Shown here in pieces: positions 12,970 to 25,689 of a DNA stretch of 64,000 nt (positions are counted from its first letter, which is position 1; every line of letters starts with the position of its first letter). The translations under genes were made by a program, and so were the position numbers. The DNA comes from Felis catus (taxonomy: Eukaryota). The stretch is taken from the NCBI RefSeq assembly GCF_018350175.1, contig NC_058368.1, forward strand, positions 46,068,001 through 46,132,000, written 5' to 3'. The notes beneath the pieces were generated by a model, which saw nothing but the letters and a program-made list of their open reading frames with translations, did not search any database and was not told where the DNA came from.

Positions 12970-14380
12970 GAAAAAGAAGGAAAATGCCTTGGCTTCACCT
13001 GTTTTTGCCCTCCTTCCTTTATCTCATGGCTTTTATCTGAGAGTATAAGAAGAAGAGGACCATAAAAATTGGAAGCAGATTTGTGTTTTACAAGGCAGAA
13101 GACAGGACAAAGGACCTCTGTTAGCCAGAGAATGGATTGGGAGGAAGATATTTTTTTTTCTTTTTCTATTTCACCCCTGCCCTGAGAAAGCTCCAGTCAT
13201 GAAGCTTCTCCACTGCCATGGCAGGGTATCTAAAATCTGAGGAAAAACCCCTCCATCGACCCAGAGGAATCAAGAAATGGACCCCATGAGCCCAAAGTGT
13301 GTGGGGAGGTTAATGTTGTTTTCTCTCTTTTCTCTCTTAGCTTTGTCTGAGAGTGGCCACACTACTGCAAAATTGCACACCAGCACAAAAGGTTAAACCA
13401 TGAGCTTACATGCCAGAAGACAGGGAAAAGCAATCATGGCAAGCCAAAAAGCGGTTGGAAAAAATGGGGGGGGAGGGTAAGGGATGGAGAAAGGGATACC
13501 TAAAAACTGTATCTGAACTGACAAAAACCCAGGCTCGCCCCAATCTGGCACTAACAGAATTGTCACCAATAAGCATGATAAAAGCTTGGAGAACTGAGTT
13601 ATTGTGGAGCCCAATACCAAAGTCCTACACACATCCCTGAAAGAACAGGTACAAGGAAGCTCAAACAGCAGAGTACACTTTTCAACCTGAACTGACTTTG
13701 GAAGCACTGCCCATAGAAGGCAAATTAGAACTTTTGATCGGAACCTAGCTGTGTCGATAGCCTGCTATAAGAGAAAAGAAGGCACAGTAAATCTTCGAAG
13801 ATTTTAACAGGGATTAGATTTTTAAAACATGATACTAATAATGTCCAAGAAATCCAAAATCACTTGACATAGGAAGAACTGGGAAAATTTGCCCAACATT
13901 AGGAAAAAATTATAATAAAAATGTTAATCCCAAGGTGACTCAGAGGTTGACATCATCGGCCAGACTTAAAGCAGTTCATCACCAAGTGCCATGAGCCAAA
14001 GTTGATCACTGTCAAAATTAATAGAAATTTTCAGCAGAGAAATTGAAAGTATATTATAGAATCAGGTACAAAACTGAAATATAATGGAAAAATACAACAT
14101 ATGAGATAAAAATTTCACTGCATTGCCTTAGTAGTAGATGTAGAAATGGAATAGAAGAGATTCATGAAGTTAAAGATAGACCACTAGAAATTTTCCAATC
14201 TTAACAATAAAAGAAAATAAAAGATTGAAAATATAAGCAGAGCTCAGGCACCTACAGGACAATATCAGAAGGTCTAATAATCATTTCATTAGTGTTTGAG
14301 AAAGAGAAGCCAAAGTGACTGGTGCAGAAGGAGACAATATCTGGAGAAATGATGGTTTGAAAACTGTCTCCCAATTTCAA
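12970..14380 (+). mobile_element. Old L1 5' UTR and ORF1 N-terminal remnant (L1M4/L1MD-like)
   Basis: ORF1-like coiled-coil sequence at 14030-14380 (gaagagattcatgaagttaaagatagacc...gacaatatcagaaggtctaa...), preceded by a more GC-rich UTR-like region. Confidence 0.75.
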
Positions 14381-14409
14381 CAACAGTTTGATCCTTCTCT
14401 TCATTTCAG

Positions 14410-14870
14410 GTAAAAATCTGCTAGTCATCCAAAGTCCAGTCTTTCCTTAGGAACGGAACTCAAATATTGTATCTGGCTAAAATGAAAAAATCCTTAATCA
14501 GTTTCATGGGTACCAGATGTGACTATGTGCTCACCAATGGGATGTAAATAGACATGATTTGATTTACTTTTAGGTGATGTCCTTCAATAAAATGACATGT
14601 GTTTCCTTTCTCCTTTTCTCTTTCTCTTTGCCTGAAATGTGAACCTTGTAGATCTATATTGAATGCTTACTGACATAAGGATTAAGACAATGTCTCGGGG
14701 GTGAGGGTGGGGGGTTGGAGAAAAGCCAACATATAGAAGAAAAATGGACTCCAACCACATGGACTGCTAATTGAAAGACTGTTACATGACTGAGAAAAAA
14801 AATGGTTTAAACTATTATCATTCAGTTGGAGTTTTGTTAGAAGAGCTGTATATTTATGCTAAATTACATA
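14410..14870 (+). mobile_element. MaLR solo LTR (MLT1J-like)
   Basis: atgtgactatgtgctcaccaatgggatgtaaatagac...gactgttacatgactgagaaa...gtttaaacta...gagttttgttagaagagc. Confidence 0.65.
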
Positions 14871-16139
14871 AGATCTTAGCTCAATTACAATGCAAACATT
14901 ATCAAAAAAGTCCCTTTCACATGTTTTCTATCACATTATTTACTTTATTATCTTCATAGGATCTATTAGCATCTCAATTATCTTTTTTAATATATATATC
15001 CATAGATTATTTTCTCTGTATAGTACCTGGATTTTACCAAGCATATATGTATGAATTTCTTTTACTAATTTTAAAACATTGAAGACTCAATGAATCAGCA
15101 TGATTTTAAGGTTTTCTTTCAATGGAATTAATCTATTCACTTGCTATAATATCAAATCCAAAGAAATGATGGACAATATCTGAACTTAAATAGTATTCAT
15201 TTATTTTATGAATGACTTAATTAACTTGATACATTTTAAAACTGAAAACATTTTAAATGTTGAAATTTGTTAAAAATAAACACATGAGCCAAAAACCAAA
15301 AAGACACAATATTTAACTCTGAAAAAAAAAGGGCTAAGTATTTGCATTTGCCATTTCTGCAAAGCTTAATGGACAACAGCTCATATTTTATTTAGTTTTC
15401 CAACAGATGGAAGAAAATTAGTGTCACTAAGTGAGAGGTGGGAGACATTCCAAAATTAACTAGGGAGAATATAAGCAGTTCATTCCATGCCTTTCCCAAC
15501 TTAAAAAAAAAAAAAAAACAACCTGTATTTTATGAAACAGTAAGTTGTTAAAATGAACATAGCTTGGTGTAGATTAACAATCTGAGGAGTCAATTGTGAA
15601 TGTTGAAAATTAATTGAGCTACTGGTTCTTTGAACTTCATTTCAATATTAGCTTTTTGCTACCTTTTAAATTTTATTTTAAATTTAAAATCTATTAGGAC
15701 AGTTATTTTAACTGCTTTTGTTATTGCTGATGCTTTCTTATTTGCTTTATTTTTTGTCTGTTTTTCAAAGGCAAATATGCATTAGTTTGCCTGAATTACC
15801 AGCTTTACATAAACAAATTGCTTGCTAACTCTAAAACCACTATTTATCTCTTTCTCATAAAAGTGTAGAGGAATGCAAGTCTTTTAGAGCAATCCTATTT
15901 TATAAATATCTTTGAATCCTTTCTCATGTACAAAATAATTCTTTAAAACTTGTATTTTAATTACTAGGACTAACAAAACAATAATGAGCCACTTCACATA
16001 AAAGCAGAACACCAATACATTGAGATACCTATTTAGCACTAATAAAGTAACTGTTCATTCCCCAATTAGTACACTATATGGGATAATTCTCATGGGTGGG
16101 AGACAGAAGTCCACAGTGAATAATAGATAGTTGCTCCTA

Positions 16140-16600
16140 TTATGACTTCATTGACTGCATGAAATAGAATACCAGACCATGTTGGAGCAACAAATAATGT
16201 TAGCTGTTTGTCATATGACAAAAAGTCCAAAGACTGATGTCCAAAAACACCTAGTGAATTGTGTCAACCACATCCATACTTCTTTCTGTGTCACTTCTCT
16301 TAGTTGTGACATTTACTCTCATGTTTGTGTTCTCAAAGTGTAGTTTAAGCCATTGTAAAAACATGGTTGCTCAATATTCCAGACACCATGACAATATTTT
16401 AAGCAAAAAGGGAAGTATACAAGAAGAAGGGGCATTTTTTTTTCTAGAAATATATGAAAGAACCAGTTCTGTCTTTAAGGAAAGTTGGGAAATGTAATTA
16501 TTTGGCTGGTTACACTGCACAAAAAACAGCACTGAACTTCTATTTTTAATGAAGAAAACTGGAAAAAGGAAAATTGTATGTTATCTAGGCAACTATATGA
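16140..16600 (-). mobile_element. MaLR LTR (MLT1J-like)
   Basis: aaacatggttgctcaatattccagacacca...aaggaaagttgggaaatgtaa...ggctggttacactgc. Confidence 0.55.
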
Positions 16601-16824
16601 TGACTATACTTTATCAAATGTCTCTTCCCTGCAAAAAATGAGCCTGTAGAAAGACCAGATAATTTAAAAAACACACTCAGCCACTTATACAAGTCCTCTT
16701 CCTCTGAAATAAAATACTGAAAGTCAAAAACATACATTCTAGTACCCCATTCTTCTCCCATGTTTCACTGAATATGTAAAGATAGCTTCTATGTTGCTCA
16801 GACAGCTACTTCCAGATCAAGAAA

Positions 16825-17041
16825 TTTTATTTTATTTTATTTTTTTATTTATTTTTGGGACAGAGAGAGACAGAGCATGAACGGGGGAGGGGCAGAGAGA
16901 GAGGGAGACACAGAATCGGAAACAGGCTCCAGGCTCCGAGCCATCAGCCCAGAGCCTGACGCGGGGCTCGAACTCACGGACCGCGAGATCGTGACCTGGC
17001 TGAAGTCGGACGCTTAACCGACTGCGCCACCCAGGCGCCCC
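16825..17041 (-). mobile_element. Young SINEC_Fc (CpG-intact)
   Basis: Body reads identical to the copy at 45063; no clean TSD. Confidence 0.97.
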
Positions 17042-18651
17042 GAGAACCTGTTTTAAAGCTATAGCAATTAAGACCGTTTGGTACTACACGAGGATAAACA
17101 AATAGACCAGTGTAATAGAATAAATAACGTAGAAATAGATCCATATACTTATAGTCACTTGATTTAACTCAAAGGTGAAAATGTAATTAATGTTCTAGAG
17201 AAATGATGGACTTTTTAATAAATAGGACTCTGTTCTTTGAACATCCATACTGAAAAAAAAGTGAATCTTGACCGCACATCACTCATGAAAGTCAATCAAT
17301 CCCAGGTGGTTTATAGATTTGAACAGCAAAGGTAACACAATAAAGCAATAAAAAAAGTAGTAGATCTCCAAGGCCATTAGCTTAAAAATGATTTCTTTAA
17401 AAATATGCAAAATGTGCTAATCATAAAGAAGCAAAAATTTATGCTACTAACTTCATTAATATTAAAACCTTTATTCAAAGATACAAGCTTCAGAAGAGGA
17501 AAAAAATCCTTCAATTACATATATCTGACAGAACATTTCTATCCGATATACAAATTAATCCTATAAATCAATAAGAAAAAGAAAGACATAATGAATTTAG
17601 TGAAGTTTCAGGATAAAAAATCAACAGTTACCAACAGGATAAAAAATCAGTTGCATTTCTACACACTAACAACAAACTATCTGAAAAAGAAATTAAGAAA
17701 ATAATCCCATTTGTAATAGCATCAAAAAGAATACAAAACTTAGGAATAAATTTAATGAAGGAGGTGAAAGATCTGCACACTAAAAACTCTAAGAAATTTA
17801 TGAAAGAAATTCAAGGACCCCAATAAGTACAAAGATATCTGTGTTTATAGTTTGGAAGAATCAATATTATTAAAAGTACATACTATCCAAAGCAAACTAT
17901 AGATTCTATGGAATGATTATCAAAATTCCAATGGTATTTTTCACAAAAATAGAACACACAACCCTAAAATTTATATGAAACCATAAAAGATCCCACGTAG
18001 CCAAAGCAATCCTGAGAAAAAAACAAAGCTGGAGGCATCATGCATCCTGATTTCAAACTATATTTCAAAGCTATAGTAATCAAAAATAGTGTGGTACTGG
18101 CATGTAAACAGACACATAGACCAACAGAGTTGAACAGAAAGGCCAGAAATAAACCCACACATATATTGTCAACTAATCTCTGACAAGAGAGTCAAGAAAA
18201 CACGATAAGGGAATGACAGTCTCTTCAATAAATGGTGCTGGGAAAACTGGGTATTTCTAGCAAAAGAATAAAATTGTACTCTTGTTTGTACCATTTACAA
18301 ACACCACTCAAAATGGATTAAAGATTTAAACATGTGACCTGATAGAGTAAAACTCCTAGAGGAAAACATAGGAAAAGGCTTCTTGATGTTTATTTTAGCA
18401 ATGTTGTTTTCTATATAATCCCAAAAGCTCAGGCAACAAAAGCAAACAGCAAAAGTAAACAAGTGGGACTACATCAAACTAAAAAGTTTCTGCACAGCAA
18501 AGGAAATAATAAATGAAAAGGCAACCTCTGAAATGGGAGAAAATATTTGCAAACCATGTATCTGATACAGAGTTAATATCCAAAATATATAACAAATTCA
18601 TACAACTCAACAGCAAAAAAACAAATAACTCAGTTTAAAAATAGGCAAAGA

Positions 18652-18853
18652 GGGGCGCCTGGGTGGCTCAGTCAGCTAAGCATCTGACTTTGGCTCAGGT
18701 CATGTCATCAGGCTCTGTGCCAGCTTGGGAGCCTGGATCCTGCTTTGGATTCTGTGCCTCCCTCTCTCTCTCTGCCTCCCTCCTGACTCAGGCTCGCTCT
18801 CTGTCTCTCTCTCTTTCTCTCTCTCTCAAAAATAAACATTAAAAAAAAAAAAA
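18652..18853 (+). mobile_element. Can-SINE with internal deletion
   Basis: ggggcgcctgggtggctcagtc head, (CT)n, poly-A; the gatctc...gagttc segment is missing. Confidence 0.93.
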
Positions 18854-18898
18854 GACAAAAGATACATGCTGGAAAGAATGAAGGGAATGATTGTGTGC

Positions 18899-19012
18899 TA
18901 TATATATATACAGATCATACATGTGTACATATACACTGCATATATATATATATATCTATATATCTACACATATATACATATATAAACATACATACATATA
19001 CACACATATCTA
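18899..19012. repeat. TA/CA low-complexity tract
   Basis: Directly visible. Confidence 0.9.
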
Positions 19013-19367
19013 TGGTGAAGTATTGTTCAGCCAATAAAAAAAAATGAAATTCTGTCATTTGCAATAACATGGATGTGAACCTGGAAGGCATTATGTTAAG
19101 GAAATAAGCCAGACAGAGAATGGCTACTATATGATCTCATTTATATGTGTAATGTAAATAAATTGAACTTACAGAAACAAGAGTAAGATAGGGGTTACCA
19201 GGGGCTGAAGGTTGGGGGAAATGGGATGATTTTAGTCTAAGGGCATAAACTTCCAATTATAAAAGGACTAATTTCTGGGAATATATTGTACATCAGGGTG
19301 ATTATAGTTCAGAATAATGTATTTTATACTTGAAATTTGTTAAGAGAGTCACTCTTAAGTGTACTCA

Positions 19368-19368
<1 letters not shown>

Positions 19369-19408
<40 letters not shown>
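19369..19408. repeat. (CA)20 microsatellite inside the L1 3' UTR
   Basis: Directly visible. Confidence 0.98.
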
Positions 19409-19414
<6 letters not shown>

Positions 19415-20925
19415 TCACTTTGTGATATAATCAGTGTGTTAACTAACTTGATTGTGGTAATAATTTCAAAATGTATATGTATATAAAACCATTACAATGT
19501 ACACCTTAAATATATATAATTTTATTAGTCTATTATATGTTTATTCTCCATTTTACCTGGGGAAAAAAGAGAAAGAGAGGCATCACAACAGAATGTGTGC
19601 AAAAGGACTTGAACACATACTTCAAGAAGTGGTTATCTAAATGGTTATTAAATGAGGAAAAAGGTGCTTGTCTTTTTGTTGTTGTTGTCGTAGGAGAAAT
19701 GAAAGTTGAAGCCAAAATGAAACACTACCATATAAATACTAGAACTTCTAAAAAGAAAGAGACAAAAAATATATATACGAAGTCTTGGAACGAATGTGTA
19801 CCCACTATACTCCCATATATTGCCAAAGGGTGTTAAAATTTGAAAACTACTTTAAAAACTGTTTGCCAATATCTATTAAAGCTGAGCAAATGCATACCTT
19901 ATAACCAAGCAATTGAACTCTTAGGTATATAGCCCACAGAAATATGTGCATATGTTCAGTAAAAGAAACATACAGAATGTTCACAGCAGTTCTCTTCGTA
20001 ATAGCCAGAAACTGGAAACAATCCAAATGTCCTTTAGCAGGTGAATGGATACCACACAGTATTTTCACACAACTGAATATTATAAAACATGAAGATGAAA
20101 TACGTTTTGCTAAAAATTCAAATATTCAATAACACAAAGAGCCAAATCAAGCACACATACTGAAACATCTCATTTAAGGAAGCTCAAAATCAGGCAAAAG
20201 TCATCAATGGTATTTAAGTCAGGATAGTGGCTAACATTTGGGAGGTATTGTCTAGGAAGGAGAATGAGAGAGACTTCTGCGGCACTAGTAATGTTCCATT
20301 TCTTGATCCAGGTACTGGATGTGCAATTCAACAAGCTGAAAACTTATAGTTTGTGCACGTTCCTATATATAATTTACTAAAAAATTCAAAGTCTAGACAC
20401 ATAATTGGTAAATATCTTCTTATTAAAATAAATTTAACAATCTGTAAGTTTGTAAAATAAAAAAAATTTTTCTCAGCAAACTCCTTTTTCTCACACTTTA
20501 ACACTCCCACCTCAAAAGCAATCTTTTTTAATAGTATGGTGTGAAAGACACCAATATCTTCATAGACATACGTGTGCGTAGAGATTTGTATTGGAGATAT
20601 TTTTACATCAATACTCACAAATCTACTTTGTTCAGTTTAACATCTATGTAAATTTCTATAGTATGGTTACAATTACCCATTTTTCATTTATAGATACTGA
20701 ATTTGTTTCCTAGTCTGCTCATTTACACAAGGAGTCAAGTGTAGTTACATACATGTAGTTACGGGTACTTGTATAAAAGATTTTCTAGATTTGTAATAGA
20801 TGAATATGTTTTACATATTGAAATGTGCTACCAAATTGTTCCCTGGATGTATAAAGCATACATTTTATGGTATTAATTTAGATAATATTTCATAATTCCT
20901 TTCACTATAGAAAAATTATCACATT

Positions 20926-21159
20926 GGGGCGCCTGGGTGGCGCAGTCGGTTAAGCGTCCGACTTCAGCCAGGTCACGATCTCGCGGTCTGTGAGTTCGAG
21001 CCCCGCGTCAGGCTCTGGGCTGATGGCTCAGAGCATGGAGCCTGTTTCCGATTCTGTGTCTCCCTCTCTCTCTGCCCCTCCCCCGTTCATGCTCTGTCTC
21101 TCTCTGTCCCAAAAATAAATAAACGTTGAAAAAAAAAATTTAGAAGAAAAAAAAAAAAA
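20926..21159 (+). mobile_element. Young SINEC_Fc
   Basis: CpG-intact body, long A tail, perfect 17-bp TSD agaaaaattatcacatt (20909-20925, 21160-21176). Confidence 0.98.
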
Positions 21160-22494
21160 AGAAAAATTATCACATTAATGAGTGACAAAAATTTAAATAC
21201 TGTTTACCCTTATAGAATTAACCCATTTATGGAGACAAAAGTTACTTAATCTATGAAAACAAAATCAGCCTCATTCAAAGATATCAAAGAATAAAGTTAG
21301 GGCCATAAACTTCTAATCTTTAATGTAGTAATATATGGGGTTGTTAGCAAGGGATTCCCAAAATAAAATACGGTATTCTTGAGCAATGAATTTAGAAAGA
21401 ATGAAAGTGTAAGAGAAAGTTAATAAAAATTAGTGCAAAATGTTGATTTCCTCGAGTGTCATTCCACAACTGATGTATTCAACATTCTTCCCTGAGAATA
21501 TATGTTCTCGTGTTTCCTGAAGAGAGTAAGCCTGCCAGAGACCACAGTCCTTCCCAGAGACACTTTCCACTTATATAGAACCTGACCCAAAGAAGACAAT
21601 CTACAGTTAAAAGTGTTTTGTAAAAAGGTTCTGTCAGATAGGAATTATGGATATTAATGGATCTATTGTCTCTCAATTGGAGTTACCATCTAGACAAGAG
21701 AGTTAACCAACCAGTTGGTGTAATAGGAACAAACACCAAGATACATGGAGATGGATAAAAAAGAGAGAAAGTAGCCAAGTCTCTATAATGATGGAGAATC
21801 AGAGATGGACCCAAAGGGCACTGGCTTCTGAAAAAAACATTACTCTTTTCCTGGTTTAGCCACCTGGGTTGCTGACAGATTCTTAATATAATAGAGGTCA
21901 TAGATAAAGTTCTAAGCAACATTATGTTTGCCTGAAATGGTTGTTTTCTTTACTTCTTCTTGTATCTTTATATTAAATCCCACTTATTAAGGCTAGCTAT
22001 AAAGTAATACAGAGGTGAGTTCAGTAATACGTAAAGATTTCCTAGTTAAAGTATATGTTGTTGGTGATTAAATAGTTTCTGAAACAACTGAAAAGTAGTC
22101 ACAGTGATGACAACGTTAACTACTGGGAAAAATAATTGGAAAGTGATTTAACCAAAAAATTGAACCCAGATAAGTTAAATTCCCTAATGAAGAAGGTGAA
22201 CAATCTGTGTGACACCTGTAAAATAGAAAGTAATGTTAGTCTTTCTCTAATACTTCAGGAAACATATTTTGTTGTTGTTGCATAGACAAAGGATACCAGC
22301 CTGCGGATAACAGAGTTTCAAGGAAAAAACAGATATGATGGTTACTCACATCACAGATTGAAGGGGCAATAAACTGTCAATTAATGTCAAATAATACCAA
22401 TCCATTTTAATTGACATATTCTAACATATATTTTAATGGTGGAGTATTAGTTATATGCCAAAATTCTCACAATTCTTTTATAATGTTTATTTTT

Positions 22495-22715
22495 TTTATT
22501 TTTTTTATTTTTTTTCAACGTTTATTTATTTTTGAGACAGAGAGAGACAGAGCATGAACGGGGGAGGGCCAGAGAGAGGGAGACACAGAATCGGAAACAG
22601 GCTCCAGGCTCTGAGCCATCAGCCCAGAGCCTGACGCGGGGCTCGAACTCACGGACCGCAGATCGTGACCTGGCTGAAGTCGGACGCTTAACCGACTGCG
22701 CCACCCAGGCGCCCC
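22495..22715 (-). mobile_element. Young SINEC_Fc
   Basis: CpG-intact body, perfect 16-bp TSD tataatgtttattttt (22479-22494, 22716-22731). Confidence 0.98.
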
Positions 22716-23614
22716 TATAATGTTTATTTTTACACACACTTTTGAAATAGATTGTCTGCTTTTCAAGACATGCTACTCCATTTGTAATTGATATTGTATT
22801 AATTAGAAAGATAGATAGCTTCACAATACTGAGGTTTATAAAAATCTTATATATTAAAGTCTCTCAGTAGAATTTTTAAAAGTTTTCTTTAAATTGCACT
22901 TACATATTTCTTGTCATTTTTGTCTTTCTGAGATGTTATACATGTCTTTGCTGTGAATAGAAACCTTTCTTCACTTCTACATTTTATCTGATTTGGGACC
23001 TATATATGACTGCTTTTTAATTAGTCACCACATTTATTTCTCCTTCTGTCTGTCTGCCTTTGGTTAAAAGTATAAAAATCATTATCAACAAAATATTGCT
23101 TGCGTCTTTAAATTTTTTTTTTATTTCTTGTTATCCTTTGTAGACTAATTGTGTTGATTCCTACTTTCAGAACAATTTTAAATAATGATGACTGTGGTGG
23201 GGCCTCTGTCATGGTCTTGACTTCAGATGGAAGATTTCAAGCTGACTCTTCTTATGGGACATTTTGTGTTATGTTATAAAGGCAACAATCTAGTCTACTT
23301 TTAAGATTCGCTAAATAATCACATATTGATCTTAAATTTTATCAAATGTCTTATCATCGTCTACAGAAATTATCTTGTTCCTTTATAATATTGACATGTT
23401 AATTATATGTTGATAGATTTTCTAATTTTGAACTACACTTATGTTCTTGGTAAAAATCCTGTTTATTCATGTTAGCATTCCTTGGAATCTATTCATACAT
23501 GTCTTCTAAAAGATTCTAGCTTATATATTTATAATTGAGACAAGCCTATTTTGTTGTTGTGATTGTTAGCTGTGGATGTCAATAGAATACTATGCTTATA
23601 AAAAAGTCTTTAGA

Positions 23615-23827
23615 GGGGCATCTGGGTGGCTCAGTCGGTTCAGCGTCCGACTTCAGCTCAGGTCATGATCTCGCGGTCCATGAGTTCAAGCCCCACGTGG
23701 GGCTCTGTGCTGACCGCTCAGAGCCTGGAGCCTGCTTCAGATTCTGTGTCTCCCTCTCTCTCTGACCCTCCCCCATTCATGCTCTTTCTCTGTCTCAAAA
23801 ATAAATAAATGTTAAAAAATTTTTTTT
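23615..23827 (+). mobile_element. Can-SINE (SINEC_Fc-like)
   Basis: Full head, body and tail; TSD aaagtctttagag (23603-23615, 23828-23840). Confidence 0.96.
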
Positions 23828-23946
23828 AAAGTCTTTAGAGAATTCTTTCATCCTTCATTCTCTGTATATTTAATTTTTTTTCAATATGAGGTTCTATTTT
23901 TTAAAGTTTACATGATTAATATACAAAAAGTTTGGGTTCCAATGTA

Positions 23947-24150
23947 TTTTTTAAGTTTTATTTATTTATTTTGAGAGAGATAGAGACTGCATGAGCAGGC
24001 GTGAGGGGAGGGGTATAAAGAGGGAGAGAGAGAATCTCAAGCAGACTCTGTACTGTCAGTGCCAGTGGGGCTCGAACCCACAAAACCATGAGATCATGAC
24101 CTGAGCCGAAACTGAGAGTCGTTTAACCGACTGAGCCACCCAGTCGCCCC
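23947..24150 (-). mobile_element. Can-SINE, older subfamily
   Basis: Ends ...ctgagccacccagtcgcccc; degenerate TSD gttccaatgtatttt / gttctactgtacttt. Confidence 0.92.
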
Positions 24151-24676
24151 AGTTCTACTGTACTTTTGTAGCTGGCTACTTTAAAATTTATCCATTTTTT
24201 CTTGAGTAATAAATTTGCTCAGTTTTTTTTTAATTTCCTTTGAACCAAATTTAAAATTTATATTTTTTCAAAATGCATCATGTATTTCATAGAACTCTTT
24301 ATATTTACTTGGCTGAAGTTAAACAAAATGATCTCTTAAATCTAATGGTGATTAGTATATTTGTCAATAAATTATTAAATGACATCTGAATTTTTGATTA
24401 TTAGTTATTTAGTTTTTCTAAAATATATATTTATTAATATTTTATGATAGAATGCACAATTCTCATTAGGTAACATCTAATAATTAGAAAGAGTCATTTC
24501 ATTCAATGTCCTCATATTATAAAGAACAAATCCAGAAATCCAGAAATACTGGATGTATAAGTGATTTATCAAGAATTATATAACTGCTTATGTATATCCT
24601 TCACTCTTTGTCTAGAATTTTCCTCTATGGAGCAAATACAAAAGGACCCATTACAAGACATATATCTTAGAAAAAT

Positions 24677-24835
24677 GTATTGGATTCCTACTCTAGGACC
24701 CTTATGGCTTTGGAGGAATTGCTTAACTTCTCTGTTCCTAATTTTTTCCACCTTTAAAACAAGGTAAATAATGTACCACCTGCCTTGTAGTGTTGTTGTT
24801 CCAGTGTTTGGTAAATAATCCATTTAAAAAATCCG
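24677..24835 (+). mobile_element. MIR
   Basis: ttgcttaacttctctgttcctaattttttccacctttaaaacaagg...gtaccacctgccttgtagtgttgttg. Confidence 0.75.
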
Positions 24836-25689
24836 TTTATTTTTGAAAAAAAAAAAAAGATGGATCACAATCCTGTGAGTTTTAAAACTACTCTGTATTT
24901 CATATAACTTTATTTTTTTTTATGTTTAAACTTTACTGTCCTTGAGTTGACATTTATATTAAAATCCACAACTGGATTTTAAAAAGTTCTAAGTAAGAGT
25001 TTTCACATCTAATGTAAAATACCAAGTATGCAACATACAAATATATATTACATTTATTTTACTTCGTGTATTTTAATCTACTACTTTATTATTGAAATCA
25101 GGCCTATCATTTGAGATTGTTTGTCAAGTATCCCTTATGAATATTCCGTTTTCTTTTCTCTTTAAAGTCTCTGTTTAAAAAAATAACTCTAGCCTTTTCC
25201 TGGTATTCTTTCCTTTGAACAAACGCTTTATCTCTGTTCCAGTCCAGTGTTCATTACCACATCAATAAGCCTGTTTGGTTTGCTTTCCATCTTAATATGA
25301 CTGTTTATATATTTTTCTGTTGCTTTTGCTAACGATTCTGCTTTGCCAATTGTGCTGTTTGAAGTATACATGTCCTCCATCTGCTGTAACATTTTGTACC
25401 CATGTCCCAGCTGTACTAATTCTATTAATTGCATAGTATTTATTGAACTTTATTACCCAGAATTAATCTTATGTGTTAAAAGAAACCTGAATTACTTATG
25501 GACAAAATCATTCTAGATTTAATATTTTGTTCTTAGAGTTCATTTATAAAATAAAATATTTGTGCTTTTAGTTTTCTTTGAATTGTGGCCCTTAAATGAA
25601 TCTAATAAAATATTGGATCCATTCATCTTGGCACAAATGGGATTTTTTGTGTGTGAGAAAAATAAACTGTCCTTTCACTTTCTTTGAGA

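Larger units (their letters stand above)
17588..19565 (+). mobile_element. L1MA9-like ORF2 C-terminal half and 3' UTR, with internal deletion
   Basis: Recognisable ORF2 DNA (aaagctggaggcatca...cttcaataaatggtgctgggaaaactgg) and a 3' UTR with ttgttaagagag...ctcaccacacac; the ORF2 end is missing after the SINE at 18652. Confidence 0.88.
16800..20390 (+). mobile_element. L1ME-like 3' portion (16800-17587 and 19565-20390), split by younger insertions
   Basis: ORF2 sequence ...ctataaatcaataagaaaaag breaks off at ~17587 and resumes as ...gcaaaaggacttgaacac at ~19600; old-type 3' UTR to ~20390. Confidence 0.8.
22780..25480 (-). mobile_element. Highly decayed L1 ORF2 fragments with nested SINEs and MIR
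   Basis: T-rich; e.g. aattttatcaaatgtcttatcatcgtctacagaaattatc and gatagattttctaattttgaactacact resemble antisense L1 ORF2. Confidence 0.6.

Noticed and set aside
16900..17045. CpG island or promoter
   Set aside because: The CpG-rich patches are ~200 bp and coincide exactly with young SINE bodies.
17609..17649. Direct repeat caggataaaaaatca x2
   Set aside because: A small slippage duplication in an A-rich, already semi-repetitive part of L1 ORF2.
21940..22020. Micro-exon: pyrimidine tract, AG at 21990-21991, donor GAG|gtgagt at 22012-22020
   Set aside because: The 23-nt (or 18-nt) exon has no support beyond generic splice motifs, which arise by chance in 64 kb. Spliced reads would be needed.
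22515..22824. Recurring GAPGWRSRLSVRLQPGHD / GAWVAQSVKRPTSARS peptides (also at 44921, 51187)
   Set aside because: They are reading frames through young Can-SINE copies, not a gene family.
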